Assembly (NCBI GenBank): GCA_964405015.1
Contig: CAYOME010000001.1
Coordinates: 165,584-229,583, forward strand
Origin: an uncultured Candidatus Saccharibacteria bacterium
GTDB taxonomy: Bacteria > Patescibacteriota > Dojkabacteria > SC72
Direction of reading: 5' to 3'
DNA length: 64,000 nucleotides
The stretch's first letter is position 1. Every line of letters starts with the position of its first letter. Positions 9,407 to 20,001 of the stretch are shown here, piece after piece. The notes beneath the pieces are model-generated. The model saw only the letters and a list, made by a program, of their open reading frames with translations, searched no databases and was not told where the DNA came from. The translations under genes and the position numbers were made by a program.

Positions 9407-11246
9407 GCTTACAAATCTACACTCAAAAAACAAAACAAAGGGGAAAAAAGATTCACTTTTTTCCAATATTCAAAAAAACAATTACAACCTAGTAATATTC
9501 CTGATCACTTTCCTTGGATTAGTAATAATAGTTCAAGCATTTAGATGGCAAGTTCTTGAATCTGAAAGATTCCAATTAATGGCCAAACAACAATATCAAG
9601 ATAGTAATAAACACACAGCAGAAAGAGGAATCATAAGAGCAAGTGATGGAACAGTACTCGCTGTAGATCAACCCATATGGAATATATATGCGACACTAAG
9701 CCAAGACAGTAAGGAAAGAGAGCTCTTCTTTAATAATAAAGACAAATTCATAGCTACGGTATCTTCAATACTAGCTGTAGAAAACAATACAATATCCGAT
9801 AAGATTACGGATGATTTTGTATATGCGGTATTAGCTAAAGGAGTAGATAATGAAAAAAAAGTTGCACTAGAGAGAGAGAATATCTTCGGAGATGAAAAAA
9901 CAAATAGAAGTGGATTCGGTTTGTATTTTGAAAAAGATGTAAAAAGAATATATCCTAATGCTCAACTAGCATCACATATAGTAGGGTTCATGGGCAAAGA
10001 TGCTCAAGGAAAAGATTTAGGACAATACGGTATAGAAGGTTTCTACTTCGGAGATATTACAGGAAGAGAAGGATATACATATGAAGAAAAGGATTCAAGT
10101 GGTAATACAATTTTAACCGCAGAGTATGAACCAGTATTACCAAGATCAGGGAAGGATATTAAGCTAACAATACAGCCAAGTATCCAAAACAAAGTAGAGA
10201 AATATCTTAAAGATGGAGTGGAGCGAACAGGTGCAAAAAGTGGAACCGTGATAATCATGGAACCTAAAACTGGAAAGATCCTAGCTATGGCTAACTTTCC
10301 AACCTTCAATCCAAATGAATATTGGAGAACATCAGATCCATGGATATTTAAAAATCTTGCAGTATCAGATGTCTATGAATACGGATCAGTTCAAAAGCCA
10401 ATTACTGTTGCACTAGCACTTGAGTCTAAAGCCGTAGATGAAGAATATACTTGTAATGACGCAACAGGATATTTAGATCTATTCACTGCAACAGGATATG
10501 AAGATCTAAAAGGGAGAAAGATTAGTACATGGGACTTAAGACCGGATGGTGTTCAAAATCTAGCAGAGATGCTTAAGAACTCGAACAATCCATGCATAGC
10601 CCAAACAGCCTTGAAAATAAATTCTGCATATTACTACTCAAAACTAAAAGAATTTGGAATAGGGGAATTCATTGGAATAGGATTACAAGAAGAGGCAACA
10701 AGCTACTTAAAACCATTCTCACTCTGGACAAGATTAGATATCATAACAGCATCATACGGACAAGGTATATCAGCAACTCCACTTCAAATTACATCAGCAA
10801 TAAGTACATTAGCAAATCATGGAACAAGAATGAGACCATACATTATCTCCGAAATCTCAGATGAGAAAGAGGTCATAGAATTTGAGCCCCAAGTTCTTTC
10901 AGAACCAATATCAAAAGATATTGCTGATAAAGTAGCAGAGATGATGTCACATGTGATAGAAGATGGAGGTATCAATGAAAGAGAAATAGAATTACTAAAA
11001 GAATATTACATAGCTGGTAAAACAGGTACAGCACAAGTAGCAAAAAAAGATGGACCCGGATATGAAGAGAAGAAAACAATTACTACCTTTGTAGGTTTTG
11101 CTCCAGCAGATGATGCCAAAATGCTTATGCTTGTAAGATTAGAAGAACCTAAAACAAGCCAATATGCTTCCCCAACCGTTGTACCTCTTTGGACAGATAT
11201 TTTCCTAGGTATAGTGAATGATCTGGAAATCCCAAAGAGAAATTGA
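9366..11246 (+). CDS. ftsI: Class B penicillin-binding protein (FtsI/PBP2-type transpeptidase)
   Basis: N-terminal TM helix, a PBP dimerisation region, and transpeptidase motifs (the GTVIIMEPKTGKILAMANFPTFNPN region, and KTGTAQ). An alternative start lies at 9399. Confidence 0.85.
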   Translation: MKTLHLLLIEIMSKLTNLHSKNKTKGKKDSLFSNIQKNNYNLVIFLITFLGLVIIVQAFRWQVLESERFQLMAKQQYQDSNKHTAERGIIRASDGTVLAVDQPIWNIYATLSQDSKERELFFNNKDKFIATVSSILAVENNTISDKITDDFVYAVLAKGVDNEKKVALERENIFGDEKTNRSGFGLYFEKDVKRIYPNAQLASHIVGFMGKDAQGKDLGQYGIEGFYFGDITGREGYTYEEKDSSGNTILTAEYEPVLPRSGKDIKLTIQPSIQNKVEKYLKDGVERTGAKSGTVIIMEPKTGKILAMANFPTFNPNEYWRTSDPWIFKNLAVSDVYEYGSVQKPITVALALESKAVDEEYTCNDATGYLDLFTATGYEDLKGRKISTWDLRPDGVQNLAEMLKNSNNPCIAQTALKINSAYYYSKLKEFGIGEFIGIGLQEEATSYLKPFSLWTRLDIITASYGQGISATPLQITSAISTLANHGTRMRPYIISEISDEKEVIEFEPQVLSEPISKDIADKVAEMMSHVIEDGGINEREIELLKEYYIAGKTGTAQVAKKDGPGYEEKKTITTFVGFAPADDAKMLMLVRLEEPKTSQYASPTVVPLWTDIFLGIVNDLEIPKRN

Positions 11247-11279
11247 GATAATAACTAAATAATTTATACAAAATTACAC

Positions 11280-12308
11280 ATGTTAGAGATACTTAAAGAA
11301 AGTTTAAACTACCTTTTAATATCCACTGTAGCTTCAATAGTATTTGCTCCAATAATGATCGGAATCTTGTATAAATTTAATCAAGTAAGTGGTCTTAAGA
11401 AAACAAAATTAGGTTCTACAGAAGGTACAAATTCAACATTCATGAAGATAATGGATAGTACTAAAACAAACGGTACTCCAAACATGGGAGGCATATTAAT
11501 TTGGATAGTAGTACCACTTGTTACATATATATTTGTACCTCTTACTCCAGTATTAAAAGTTTTACTACTTGGATTCCTACTTTTTGGTTTTTGGGGATTT
11601 GTAGATGTTGCGATATTTACAAATGGATTTAAGAACAATCCTAAGATGAAAGCATTGCAAGAAACTTTTGAATGGAGAATGGGAAAGTTAACAATCGCTA
11701 TACTTCTCAATCTCGGAGTTATGTTTCTTCTTAACAAGACAGGACTCTTTACTGAGATATCTCTTTTAAATATGTTAACAATCTCCGTATCTCCAGCAAT
11801 ATTGATATTAGCCTCAATAGTAGGGCAGTTTGCAATATATTCTGGAGAATTAACGGATGGATTGGATGGACTTATGGTTGGTATCTTCACAATTATTACA
11901 GCCTCAATGGCAGTATTACTCTTAGTTCAAGGTCAATATGAATTCTTACCATTTTTAGCAATACTACTCGGAGTACAAGTAGTCGATCTTTACTTCAATA
12001 TTCCACCAGCAAGATTCTGGAATGGTGGACCAGGAGCAATGCCCATCGCTTTTTCAATATTCTTCATAGGGTTAGTCACCAACAATCTACCTGCATATTT
12101 CTTAATGACCGCTATGACATGGATCATCATGGGATCAAGTGCAATACAAATACTTAGTTTGAAATTCTTCAAGAGAAGAGTCTTTAAGATAGCGCCACTA
12201 CACCATCACTTCCAAGCAGTAGGATGGCCACAGTACAAAGTAACAATGAGGTTCTGGCTCTTTACACTCTTCCTTTGTATCTTAGGAATATATGTTGGAT
12301 TAATCTAA
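11280..12308 (+). CDS. mraY: Phospho-N-acetylmuramoyl-pentapeptide transferase MraY
   Basis: Polytopic membrane protein with NTPNMGGILIW, DGLDGL and FSIFFIGL blocks. Its position after ftsI fits the dcw order. Confidence 0.85.
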   Translation: MLEILKESLNYLLISTVASIVFAPIMIGILYKFNQVSGLKKTKLGSTEGTNSTFMKIMDSTKTNGTPNMGGILIWIVVPLVTYIFVPLTPVLKVLLLGFLLFGFWGFVDVAIFTNGFKNNPKMKALQETFEWRMGKLTIAILLNLGVMFLLNKTGLFTEISLLNMLTISVSPAILILASIVGQFAIYSGELTDGLDGLMVGIFTIITASMAVLLLVQGQYEFLPFLAILLGVQVVDLYFNIPPARFWNGGPGAMPIAFSIFFIGLVTNNLPAYFLMTAMTWIIMGSSAIQILSLKFFKRRVFKIAPLHHHFQAVGWPQYKVTMRFWLFTLFLCILGIYVGLI

Positions 12309-13007
12309 ACACTTAGATTCTTTCTCGCAAACATTCTTTCCTAGCTTACAAGAACAAAGTGAACAACCATCACTAGAGTTGTAAACATCTCCGTCATTAC
12401 GCAAGAAACCTTCAAATGAACAATTTCCTGAAGGAATTAATGTCCCTAATTCATCTTGGTAATATATTTCGAAATCGTCTACATATTTAACAGGCATATT
12501 AGAAATTTCAAAGGAAGATTCACTTACGCATGGATTAACAAAAGATGTATCTACTAAGTTATTACCAATTGTAAATGTAATTCTCTTACCTTCGAGCTTG
12601 TAAAAACCTACTTGTGGAGCTACAAAGTTATCTTCATTACAAACACTCTTTTTCTCAAGTACAACCTTAAGAATATCACCTACCTGAGATATGTTTTCAA
12701 AACGAACTTCCTGTACAAAAGAACTCCCTTTCTCCAATCTATTAAGATATTCATAGTTAAAGGTTAGATTGTTTGTATTGAAATCCTCAACTTTAACAGT
12801 ATTAGGACCATTACCTTCATCATCACAAACAACTCTCCCTTTACTATCACAAACACAATTACTACCATCACTTACTACAACATCACCAAATGCACATTTA
12901 GTAAGCCCTAAAGAATCTTGCATGGATACGAAAAAAAGACTCGAAGCAGAGACAAACAAAACTACAGTAATAACTACCAACCAGTTAACATACCAATTAT
13001 TTTTCAT
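12300..13007 (-). CDS. Secreted cysteine-rich hypothetical protein
   Basis: 235-aa ORF with an N-terminal signal or anchor helix and about 14 Cys residues (CxC and CSLCSC patterns). No family is recognised. Confidence 0.4.
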   Translation of the reverse strand: MKNNWYVNWLVVITVVLFVSASSLFFVSMQDSLGLTKCAFGDVVVSDGSNCVCDSKGRVVCDDEGNGPNTVKVEDFNTNNLTFNYEYLNRLEKGSSFVQEVRFENISQVGDILKVVLEKKSVCNEDNFVAPQVGFYKLEGKRITFTIGNNLVDTSFVNPCVSESSFEISNMPVKYVDDFEIYYQDELGTLIPSGNCSFEGFLRNDGDVYNSSDGCSLCSCKLGKNVCEKESKCLD

Positions 13008-13089
13008 CGCAAAAGATATTGTATCACATTACTAACAAAAATATATTTCCCTCTACATTATACATCATCTTCTATGCTAAAATACCCTC

Positions 13090-13983
13090 ATGCATGATTC
13101 ACATATACATTTAGCCCTAAGTCCACTTAAAGAAAATTACTTAGGTGATATAGAGGAATTTGTTAAAGAAGGTGGTAAAAAGATATTAGTACAAACTACT
13201 GATGCTTCTGATTACCTAGAAACAATAGATATTGTTGAAAAGATTAACAACATATATCCTAATGTCGCATATCTTGCATTAGGAATACATCCTACAATAT
13301 TTGGAGAGATATCAGAGAAAACGGACATAAAAGGTGTAGACCTTTTTAAGTACGCGAAAAAACAAATTCAATATTTTGAAGATATATTTAATAAATATAA
13401 AGACATTACAAATGCAATAGGGGAAACAGGTTTAGACTACTTTGAGATGAACACATATTTAAATATCTCAGATAAAGTCAGAGAAGAATTAAAAGAAATA
13501 CAAAAGAATTCTTTTAGATATCAAATACGATTAGCATTAGAAAACAACCTACCAATGAGTATTCATTCAAGAGATGTACAAGGTCAAATTGACTGTACAA
13601 AAGATGTTTTAGAAATACTTGCACAAGAAGGCAAAGGACAAGTAAGAGCCTCCTTCCACAGCTATACTGGTGATATACATTTGGTAGAAGATATTCTTAA
13701 CATGGGAATGTATATTGGATTCAATGCAATAATTACATATCCAAGTGGAGAGAGTGTAAGAGATATATTAAAGTTAGTACCACCAGAAAGAATACTCTTT
13801 GAAACCGATGGTCCATACCTTCCTACTCAAAGTGTAAGAAAAAACAAAAAAGCACAGAAAAAATATGGAAGACCAGTAATGATAAAAGAGATAATCGAAG
13901 TAGCAGCAGAAATAAAAGGTTTAAGTATTCAAAAGATGGAAGAAATATCTGATCAGAACTTTACTAATCTTTTTTCAAAGTAG
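13090..13983 (+). CDS. tatD: TatD-family metal-dependent hydrolase/DNase
   Basis: N-terminal HDSHIHL, FHSYTGD and FETDGPYL motifs of the TatD TIM-barrel hydrolases. Confidence 0.8.
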   Translation: MHDSHIHLALSPLKENYLGDIEEFVKEGGKKILVQTTDASDYLETIDIVEKINNIYPNVAYLALGIHPTIFGEISEKTDIKGVDLFKYAKKQIQYFEDIFNKYKDITNAIGETGLDYFEMNTYLNISDKVREELKEIQKNSFRYQIRLALENNLPMSIHSRDVQGQIDCTKDVLEILAQEGKGQVRASFHSYTGDIHLVEDILNMGMYIGFNAIITYPSGESVRDILKLVPPERILFETDGPYLPTQSVRKNKKAQKKYGRPVMIKEIIEVAAEIKGLSIQKMEEISDQNFTNLFSK

Positions 13984-14662
13984 GGGATATTAATACTACA
14001 AACTCTCCATGAGGATTGTTTTCGAAATCTCTTCCTAAAAATATTTTTCTTAATTCATCAGGATTACCAATTAGAACCTCTTCTCTCATCTTTGTTAAAT
14101 CCTTTGCAACTACAATATCAACATTTAATTCAACACTTAATATCTCTTCTAACAAACGTAAGATTCTTTGAGGAGATTCATATATTACGAATGTAGATCC
14201 TAATTCAATATATTTTTTTAATATCTCTTTTCTCTTTTTTGCAGATTTAGGCAAAAAGCCTAAGAATGTAAATTTGTCAGTAGGTAACCCACTAATTGAT
14301 AACGCCGCTATCAACGCTGAAGGCCCAGGGATACTCTCAACAATATATCCTTTCTCTCTTAAGTCACGAACTAATTTAAAACCAGGATCACTAATCAAAG
14401 GTGTACCACAATCAGAAATTAAAGCTAAGTTTAAGCCCATATCTAATTTCTCTAACACCTTCTCAATCATTCTTTCATGATTCTGATCTCTGTATGATAT
14501 TAATTGGGTGGGAATAGAGTACTTGTTTAAAAGTTTAATACTCTCCCTTGTGTCTTCTGCAAGTATGAAAGGTACACTTTTTAATATCTCTAACGCTCTA
14601 ACAGTAATATCTCCTAAATTACCAATAGGGGTTGCAACAATATATAGTCTACCTTTGTTCAT
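13964..14662 (-). CDS. rsmI: 16S rRNA (cytidine1402-2'-O)-methyltransferase RsmI
   Basis: The N-terminus LYIVATPIGNLGDITVRALEIL is typical of the tetrapyrrole-methylase-like RsmI, at about 230 aa. Confidence 0.8.
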   Translation of the reverse strand: MNKGRLYIVATPIGNLGDITVRALEILKSVPFILAEDTRESIKLLNKYSIPTQLISYRDQNHERMIEKVLEKLDMGLNLALISDCGTPLISDPGFKLVRDLREKGYIVESIPGPSALIAALSISGLPTDKFTFLGFLPKSAKKRKEILKKYIELGSTFVIYESPQRILRLLEEILSVELNVDIVVAKDLTKMREEVLIGNPDELRKIFLGRDFENNPHGEFVVLISPTLKKD

Positions 14663-15360
14663 GATATTAACTCTTTAACTTTAAATATATCTACAAAGCA
14701 TTCTTCTAAAGAACTCTCCGATATATCCTCAGAAGAAATACTACCCTTTAGAGTAAAGACTCCAATAGATTCTCTTCTTAATTCTTTAGCAGTAGCACAT
14801 ACCCCTAAATTCTTACCCAAATCGTGAATTAATGTACGAATATATGTACCAGAAGAGCAATCAATTTCACATTTAATATTTGGATACTCATATTCCAACA
14901 CTTTAAATTCTGTTACTGAGATTAACTTAGGCTGTATATTTACCTCTTTGCCTTCTCTTGCTAAATCATATGCCCTTTGCCCATTGATTCTCTTTGCAGA
15001 AAAGATAGGGGGTTGTTGGGATATTTCACCTAACAAGCTCTTACTAATCTCCTTCTGTATTTCTTCTAGAGTAGGTATATGGCCATCACCAGTTTCAATT
15101 TTCTTTCCAGTAATATCTTGTGTATCCGTAGAAAAACCAAATATACCGTCCACCACATATCTCTTTTTAAAGGTTTGAAATGTATCCATTAACTTAGTAC
15201 CACGACCAAGTAATATGACAAGAAGACCACTTGCAAAAGGATCCAATGTCCCTGCGTGTCCAATCTTTTGTCCTTTCTCAAGAACTCTTTTTAGTCTTCG
15301 AATAACATCGTAGGATGTAATTCCAACCTCCTTGTCTATTAACAAAATACCGTCTATCAT
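14659..15360 (-). CDS. truB: tRNA pseudouridine(55) synthase TruB
   Basis: [16 protein letters not shown] and [18 protein letters not shown] (catalytic Asp) motifs are present. Confidence 0.85.
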   Translation of the reverse strand: MIDGILLIDKEVGITSYDVIRRLKRVLEKGQKIGHAGTLDPFASGLLVILLGRGTKLMDTFQTFKKRYVVDGIFGFSTDTQDITGKKIETGDGHIPTLEEIQKEISKSLLGEISQQPPIFSAKRINGQRAYDLAREGKEVNIQPKLISVTEFKVLEYEYPNIKCEIDCSSGTYIRTLIHDLGKNLGVCATAKELRRESIGVFTLKGSISSEDISESSLEECFVDIFKVKELIS

Positions 15361-15362
15361 AT

Positions 15363-15932
15363 ATGTATAAAATAACTTTTTTTAAACCCCTTGTATTATC
15401 TCATATGCCAAACGGATTAGCACTTGCCATAACAATATTAGTAATAATGCTGTTTGCAGCATATGGAGTATCACTACTTCTTAATCTTCTCACCCCCTTC
15501 TATACAACTCCTAAAAAGATTGCAAAGGAAATAATAAAAAAGTTTGAATTAGGTAAAGAGGATACATTTGCAGATCTTGGATCTGGTGATGGAAGAATGG
15601 TTTTTGATACATACAGAGAATACAAATGTAGGAGTGTGGGATATGAAGTAAGTCCAGTATTACTAATGTATGTAAAAGTGAAAAAGCTTTTACTTTTCCC
15701 ATTTAACAAAAGAGTAGAAATAAAAGAGGAAAGCTTCTTTAGAGCAGACCTAAGTACATACAATGTAATCTTTTGTTCTTTACCACAAGATATTTTAGAA
15801 ATACTTGAGAAAAAATTTGAAAAAGAGTTAAAGAAAGGCACAAAGGTATTCATTTGCAAAGGTAAATTACCAAACAAGAAAGGAAAAGAGATCAATATCC
15901 AAGACACACAGGTATACCAGTATACCTTCTAG
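15363..15932 (+). CDS. Membrane-anchored class I SAM-dependent methyltransferase-like protein
   Basis: A TM helix is followed by SAM motif I FADLGSGDGRMVF. The divergent start is only 2 nt from the truB start, so the true start may be the Met at 15405. Confidence 0.45.
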   Translation: MYKITFFKPLVLSHMPNGLALAITILVIMLFAAYGVSLLLNLLTPFYTTPKKIAKEIIKKFELGKEDTFADLGSGDGRMVFDTYREYKCRSVGYEVSPVLLMYVKVKKLLLFPFNKRVEIKEESFFRADLSTYNVIFCSLPQDILEILEKKFEKELKKGTKVFICKGKLPNKKGKEINIQDTQVYQYTF

Positions 15933-15979
15933 TAATTAAGTATTCCCATTTCTTTCTAAAAGTGTACAATAGGGTATAC

Positions 15980-17194
15980 ATGTCAGTATACGAACCATTA
16001 GCATCAAAATACAGACCGTCTACCTTGGATCAATTTGTTGGTCAGGATCATCTAGTGGGAGATAAGGGTCCAATTAGACAATTCTTAGAATCAGGAAGAA
16101 TACCTTCCATGATTTTTTGGGGTCCTCCAGGTACTGGTAAAACAACATTAGCATATATCATTTCACAAAACCTGTACTACGATTTTTACAAAATGCAAGC
16201 AGTTTCTAGTGGTAAAGATGCACTTAGAAAAGTAATCAAGATTGCAATGGCTAACCAACAATACAACAAGAAGACAATACTTTTCTTAGATGAAATACAT
16301 CGATGGAACAAAGCACAACAAGATGCATTACTACCATATGTAGAGAAGGGGATAATCATATTAATAGGTGCTACAACAGAAAATCCTTCATTTAGTATAA
16401 ATAGCGCATTACTTTCAAGAACTAAGGTTTTTGTATTTAATCAACAAACAGAAGAAGATATACAAACCCTAATCTCAGATATTCAAAAAAAAGAATATCC
16501 TGATATAAAACTAAGTAAGAAAGCATTACCCATACTAGCAAAACTTTCAAATGGAGATATAAGATCTTCCTTGAATATCTTGGAGATGGCAGTAACACTT
16601 GCTCAAGCGAATAAAAGTAAAGATGGTAAGGTAGAGATATCTGATGAAACCTTACAAAAGGTAATACAAAGACCTTTGTACTACGACAAGAGTGGAGAAG
16701 AGCATTACAACATAATATCAGCAATACATAAATCAATGAGATCAAGTGATCCTGATGCTGCAAGCTACTGGGTAGGGAGAATGCTCTTTGCTGGTGAAGA
16801 TCCCCTATATGTAGCAAGAAGATTACTTAGGTTTGCAAGTGAAGATATAGGGAATGCAGATCCACAAGCATTGATACTCGCAAATAGTGTGTATGAATCA
16901 TGTCAAAAGGTAGGTATGCCTGAGTGTGAAATATTTCTAATCCAATTAGCAATATATCTAGCAAAAGCGCCTAAAGACAATAGTGCATATACAACTGAAA
17001 TTCAAGTAAAAAAAGATATTGAACAATATGGTAACTTACCAGTACCACTCCATCTTAGAAATGCAGAAACAAAACTCATGAAAGATGTCGGATATGGAAA
17101 AGGATATCAATATGACCATGATCTTGAAAGTAAAAAATCAGATCAACAATGTATGCCTGATCAATTAAAAAAGAGGAAATATCTTAAATCATAA
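15980..17194 (+). CDS. rarA: Replication-associated recombination protein A (RarA/MgsA AAA+ ATPase)
   Basis: Walker A IFWGPPGTGKTTLA, Walker B ILFLDEIHR and the C-terminal MgsA helical domain are present. The ORF track starts at 15962, but the Met at 15980 aligns better with RarA N-termini. Confidence 0.85.
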   Translation: MSVYEPLASKYRPSTLDQFVGQDHLVGDKGPIRQFLESGRIPSMIFWGPPGTGKTTLAYIISQNLYYDFYKMQAVSSGKDALRKVIKIAMANQQYNKKTILFLDEIHRWNKAQQDALLPYVEKGIIILIGATTENPSFSINSALLSRTKVFVFNQQTEEDIQTLISDIQKKEYPDIKLSKKALPILAKLSNGDIRSSLNILEMAVTLAQANKSKDGKVEISDETLQKVIQRPLYYDKSGEEHYNIISAIHKSMRSSDPDAASYWVGRMLFAGEDPLYVARRLLRFASEDIGNADPQALILANSVYESCQKVGMPECEIFLIQLAIYLAKAPKDNSAYTTEIQVKKDIEQYGNLPVPLHLRNAETKLMKDVGYGKGYQYDHDLESKKSDQQCMPDQLKKRKYLKS

Positions 17195-17240
17195 AGGGTA
17201 TACCTTTGTAAAATATTAAGTAGGAAGATATAATAACAGG

Positions 17241-18464
17241 ATGGAAGTAATTAAGGATGAGAAAATAATAAATAGAATACTAGAAAAGGGCGTAGAACAG
17301 ATACTACCTTCGAAGGATAGTCTCAGAGAGCTCTTACTCTCTGGAAAAAGGATAAATATATATCAAGGTTTTGATCCTACAGCTCCAACTCTACATATTG
17401 GTCATACTGTAGGTATGAGAAAATTAGAAGATTTTAGGAAATTAGGTCATCAAGTAGTATTTCTCATTGGTGATTTTACCGCTAGAATTGGAGACCCTAC
17501 AGATAAAACATCTGCAAGAGTAAAACTTACAAAAGAACAGGTGGAGGAAAATATGCGTACATATGTACAACAAGCATCTTCCATTTTAGATATATTCAAC
17601 AAAGAAAACCCTGTTAAAGTACTTTACAATAGCCAATGGTTAGAACCACTCAACTTTAATGATGTAGTTGAATTAGCTTCTGAATTTACAGTACAGCAAA
17701 TGCTTAAAAGAAGTATGTTCCAAAAGAGATTGGAAGAAGACAAACCAATATATCTTAACGAGTTCCTTTACCCAATAATGCAAGGATATGACTCGGTCAT
17801 GATGGATACTGATGTAGAAGTTGGTGGTAATGATCAACTCTTCAATATGCTTGCAGGTAGGGATTTAATAAGAAGCAGATTAAACAAAGAGAAAATTGTA
17901 ATTGCCGGTAAGCTTCTTTCAACATCAGATGGAAAGAAAATGGGTAAATCAGAAGGCAATATGATTAAGCTTTCAGATGAAGCCAACGACATATTTGGTA
18001 AGGTAATGGCATTTACTGACGATCAGATATTAATAGGGTTTGAAATACTCACCTGCTATGAACTTACACAAGTAGAAGAAATTAAAAAGAGATTAGAGGG
18101 TGGAGAGAATCCAATCAATGTAAAGAAGGAATTAGCATATCAAATAACTAAGGAAATTAAAGGAGAGCAACAAGCACAACAAGCTTCAAACTTTTTTGAA
18201 AGTGTATTTCAAAAAATAGGTACAGAAAGTGAAATACCTACAAGAGAGATTAACTCTAATGAGATATCTCTTACTGAGCTTTTAGTAAATCTAGAGATAA
18301 CAGATAGTAAGTCGAAAGCTAGAAGACTAATAGAACAGGGTGCCGTAAAAATAAATGAAGAAAAAGTTTCAGATTGGAACATGGCAATATCCATTACTCA
18401 AAATACAAAACTAATTCTTAGATGTGGAAGACACGTATATGAATTAGTAAATAAGGGTAAATAA
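17241..18464 (+). CDS. tyrS: Tyrosine--tRNA ligase
   Basis: Class I HIGH motif (LHIGHTVG), KMSKS-type KMGKSEGN and a C-terminal S4 domain (RLIEQGAVKINEEKV). Confidence 0.85.
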   Translation: MEVIKDEKIINRILEKGVEQILPSKDSLRELLLSGKRINIYQGFDPTAPTLHIGHTVGMRKLEDFRKLGHQVVFLIGDFTARIGDPTDKTSARVKLTKEQVEENMRTYVQQASSILDIFNKENPVKVLYNSQWLEPLNFNDVVELASEFTVQQMLKRSMFQKRLEEDKPIYLNEFLYPIMQGYDSVMMDTDVEVGGNDQLFNMLAGRDLIRSRLNKEKIVIAGKLLSTSDGKKMGKSEGNMIKLSDEANDIFGKVMAFTDDQILIGFEILTCYELTQVEEIKKRLEGGENPINVKKELAYQITKEIKGEQQAQQASNFFESVFQKIGTESEIPTREINSNEISLTELLVNLEITDSKSKARRLIEQGAVKINEEKVSDWNMAISITQNTKLILRCGRHVYELVNKGK

Positions 18465-18520
18465 TTGGGGATTACATATTAAAAAATACATCCCCAAGAA
18501 GGGGATTTTTCTTTTAAAAA

Positions 18521-19981
18521 ATGACTACAAAAGAATTAGAAAAACAACTTAAGAAGTACTCTCCGAAAAGCTTTCAAGATGAAATATCTAAAGGTATGGA
18601 GCTATCCAGTAAATATCATACAGATCAAAAAAGGCTCTCAGGAGAACCGTTTTACAATCACTCTTTAAGGGTAGGACTTACACTCGCTAATATGGGATTT
18701 GAAACAAATACAATCTTAGGAGGATTACTCCATAATGTTCTATCCAAAAATCCTGATAAAGTAGATGAAATAGAAAAAGAAATAATTAATATACTTGGAC
18801 AAGATGTCCTTTTTTTAGTTCATAGTTGTGATGACATAAGTAAGGCTACAGGTAGTCACGATACAGAATACGAGGTTATTAATAAATACATATTAAATAG
18901 TGCTACAGATTTAAGACCCGTACTCATTAAACTCGCAGATACACTAGACAATGTAAGGACAATAGAATATATGCCCTCAGAAAGAGTAGGCTCTAAGATA
19001 CAAAAGGTCTTTAATATATATGGACCCTTAGCAGAATATCTTAACCTTAACTTACTTAAAAAAGAACTAGAAGAGAAAGCACTAGAAATATATAGACCAG
19101 AGGAATACATAAATATTAAAAATATGCTTGAACAAAATGGTTTTACATCTGAAATGAGAGAAAAATATATTTCATACTTCGAAGGCCTGCTTAAAAATAT
19201 CCCTGGTACACAAATCGTACATGGGAGAGTAAAAAGTATATATAGCATATACAACAAACAAAAGAAGATACTAAAAGAAGGATACAATATAAATATATCA
19301 AACATCCCAGACCTTCTGGCCTTCAGAGTTATTACAAACTCCGAGGATGAATGTTTTAAAATGCTAGAGATAATAATGGATATTGGTGAGATACTAACAC
19401 CTCAATTTGATGACTACATATCCCATCCTAAACCAAATGGATACAAAGCATTACAAGGCCCAGTCATTCTTCCATCTGTCTCTTCCAATATAGTTGAAAT
19501 ACAAATACTTACTCAAGATATGCACTACCACAATACATATGGACCAGCATCACATATTGCATATAAGGAGAGTAAAAGTAGATTTGCCAAGGCAACTGAT
19601 AAATATAACTGGGTTGAAACCATACACAAAGAAATGGATAGAAATATATCAAAAAGAGAAGAGAGAAGATCTCTTCCAATAACTGTAGATATATTTGGAG
19701 AAAAAGTATATGCATTTACTCCAAAAGGAAAAATCATTCAACTTGATAAAGGAGATACTGTTGTAGATTTTGCCTACTTAGTACATACCGATATTGGTAA
19801 TAGTATGGTATCTGCTAAAGTAAATGGTAAAGCTGTAAGACTCAGCTATAATGTCCAAACAGGAGATACAATAGAGATTAAGACTCAAACTGGTAAAAAA
19901 AATGTCAACCCCGATTGGATGAAATATGCAAACTCTCCAAGTACCCAAGCTAAAATACAAAAGACTTGGAAAAAAGTATAG
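18521..19981 (+). CDS. Short RelA/SpoT-homolog (p)ppGpp synthetase with a degenerate HD domain and a TGS domain
   Basis: It has the HD-like N-terminal region, but LLHNVL replaces the usual LLHDV. The synthetase core is present (RVKSIYSIYNKQKK, DLLAFRVIT) and the C-terminal TGS domain is present (FTPKGKIIQLDKGDTVVDFAY). At 486 aa it has no ACT/RIS domains. Confidence 0.75.
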   Translation: MTTKELEKQLKKYSPKSFQDEISKGMELSSKYHTDQKRLSGEPFYNHSLRVGLTLANMGFETNTILGGLLHNVLSKNPDKVDEIEKEIINILGQDVLFLVHSCDDISKATGSHDTEYEVINKYILNSATDLRPVLIKLADTLDNVRTIEYMPSERVGSKIQKVFNIYGPLAEYLNLNLLKKELEEKALEIYRPEEYINIKNMLEQNGFTSEMREKYISYFEGLLKNIPGTQIVHGRVKSIYSIYNKQKKILKEGYNINISNIPDLLAFRVITNSEDECFKMLEIIMDIGEILTPQFDDYISHPKPNGYKALQGPVILPSVSSNIVEIQILTQDMHYHNTYGPASHIAYKESKSRFAKATDKYNWVETIHKEMDRNISKREERRSLPITVDIFGEKVYAFTPKGKIIQLDKGDTVVDFAYLVHTDIGNSMVSAKVNGKAVRLSYNVQTGDTIEIKTQTGKKNVNPDWMKYANSPSTQAKIQKTWKKV

Positions 19982-20001
19982 ATATTAGTAGAATCATAAA
20001 T

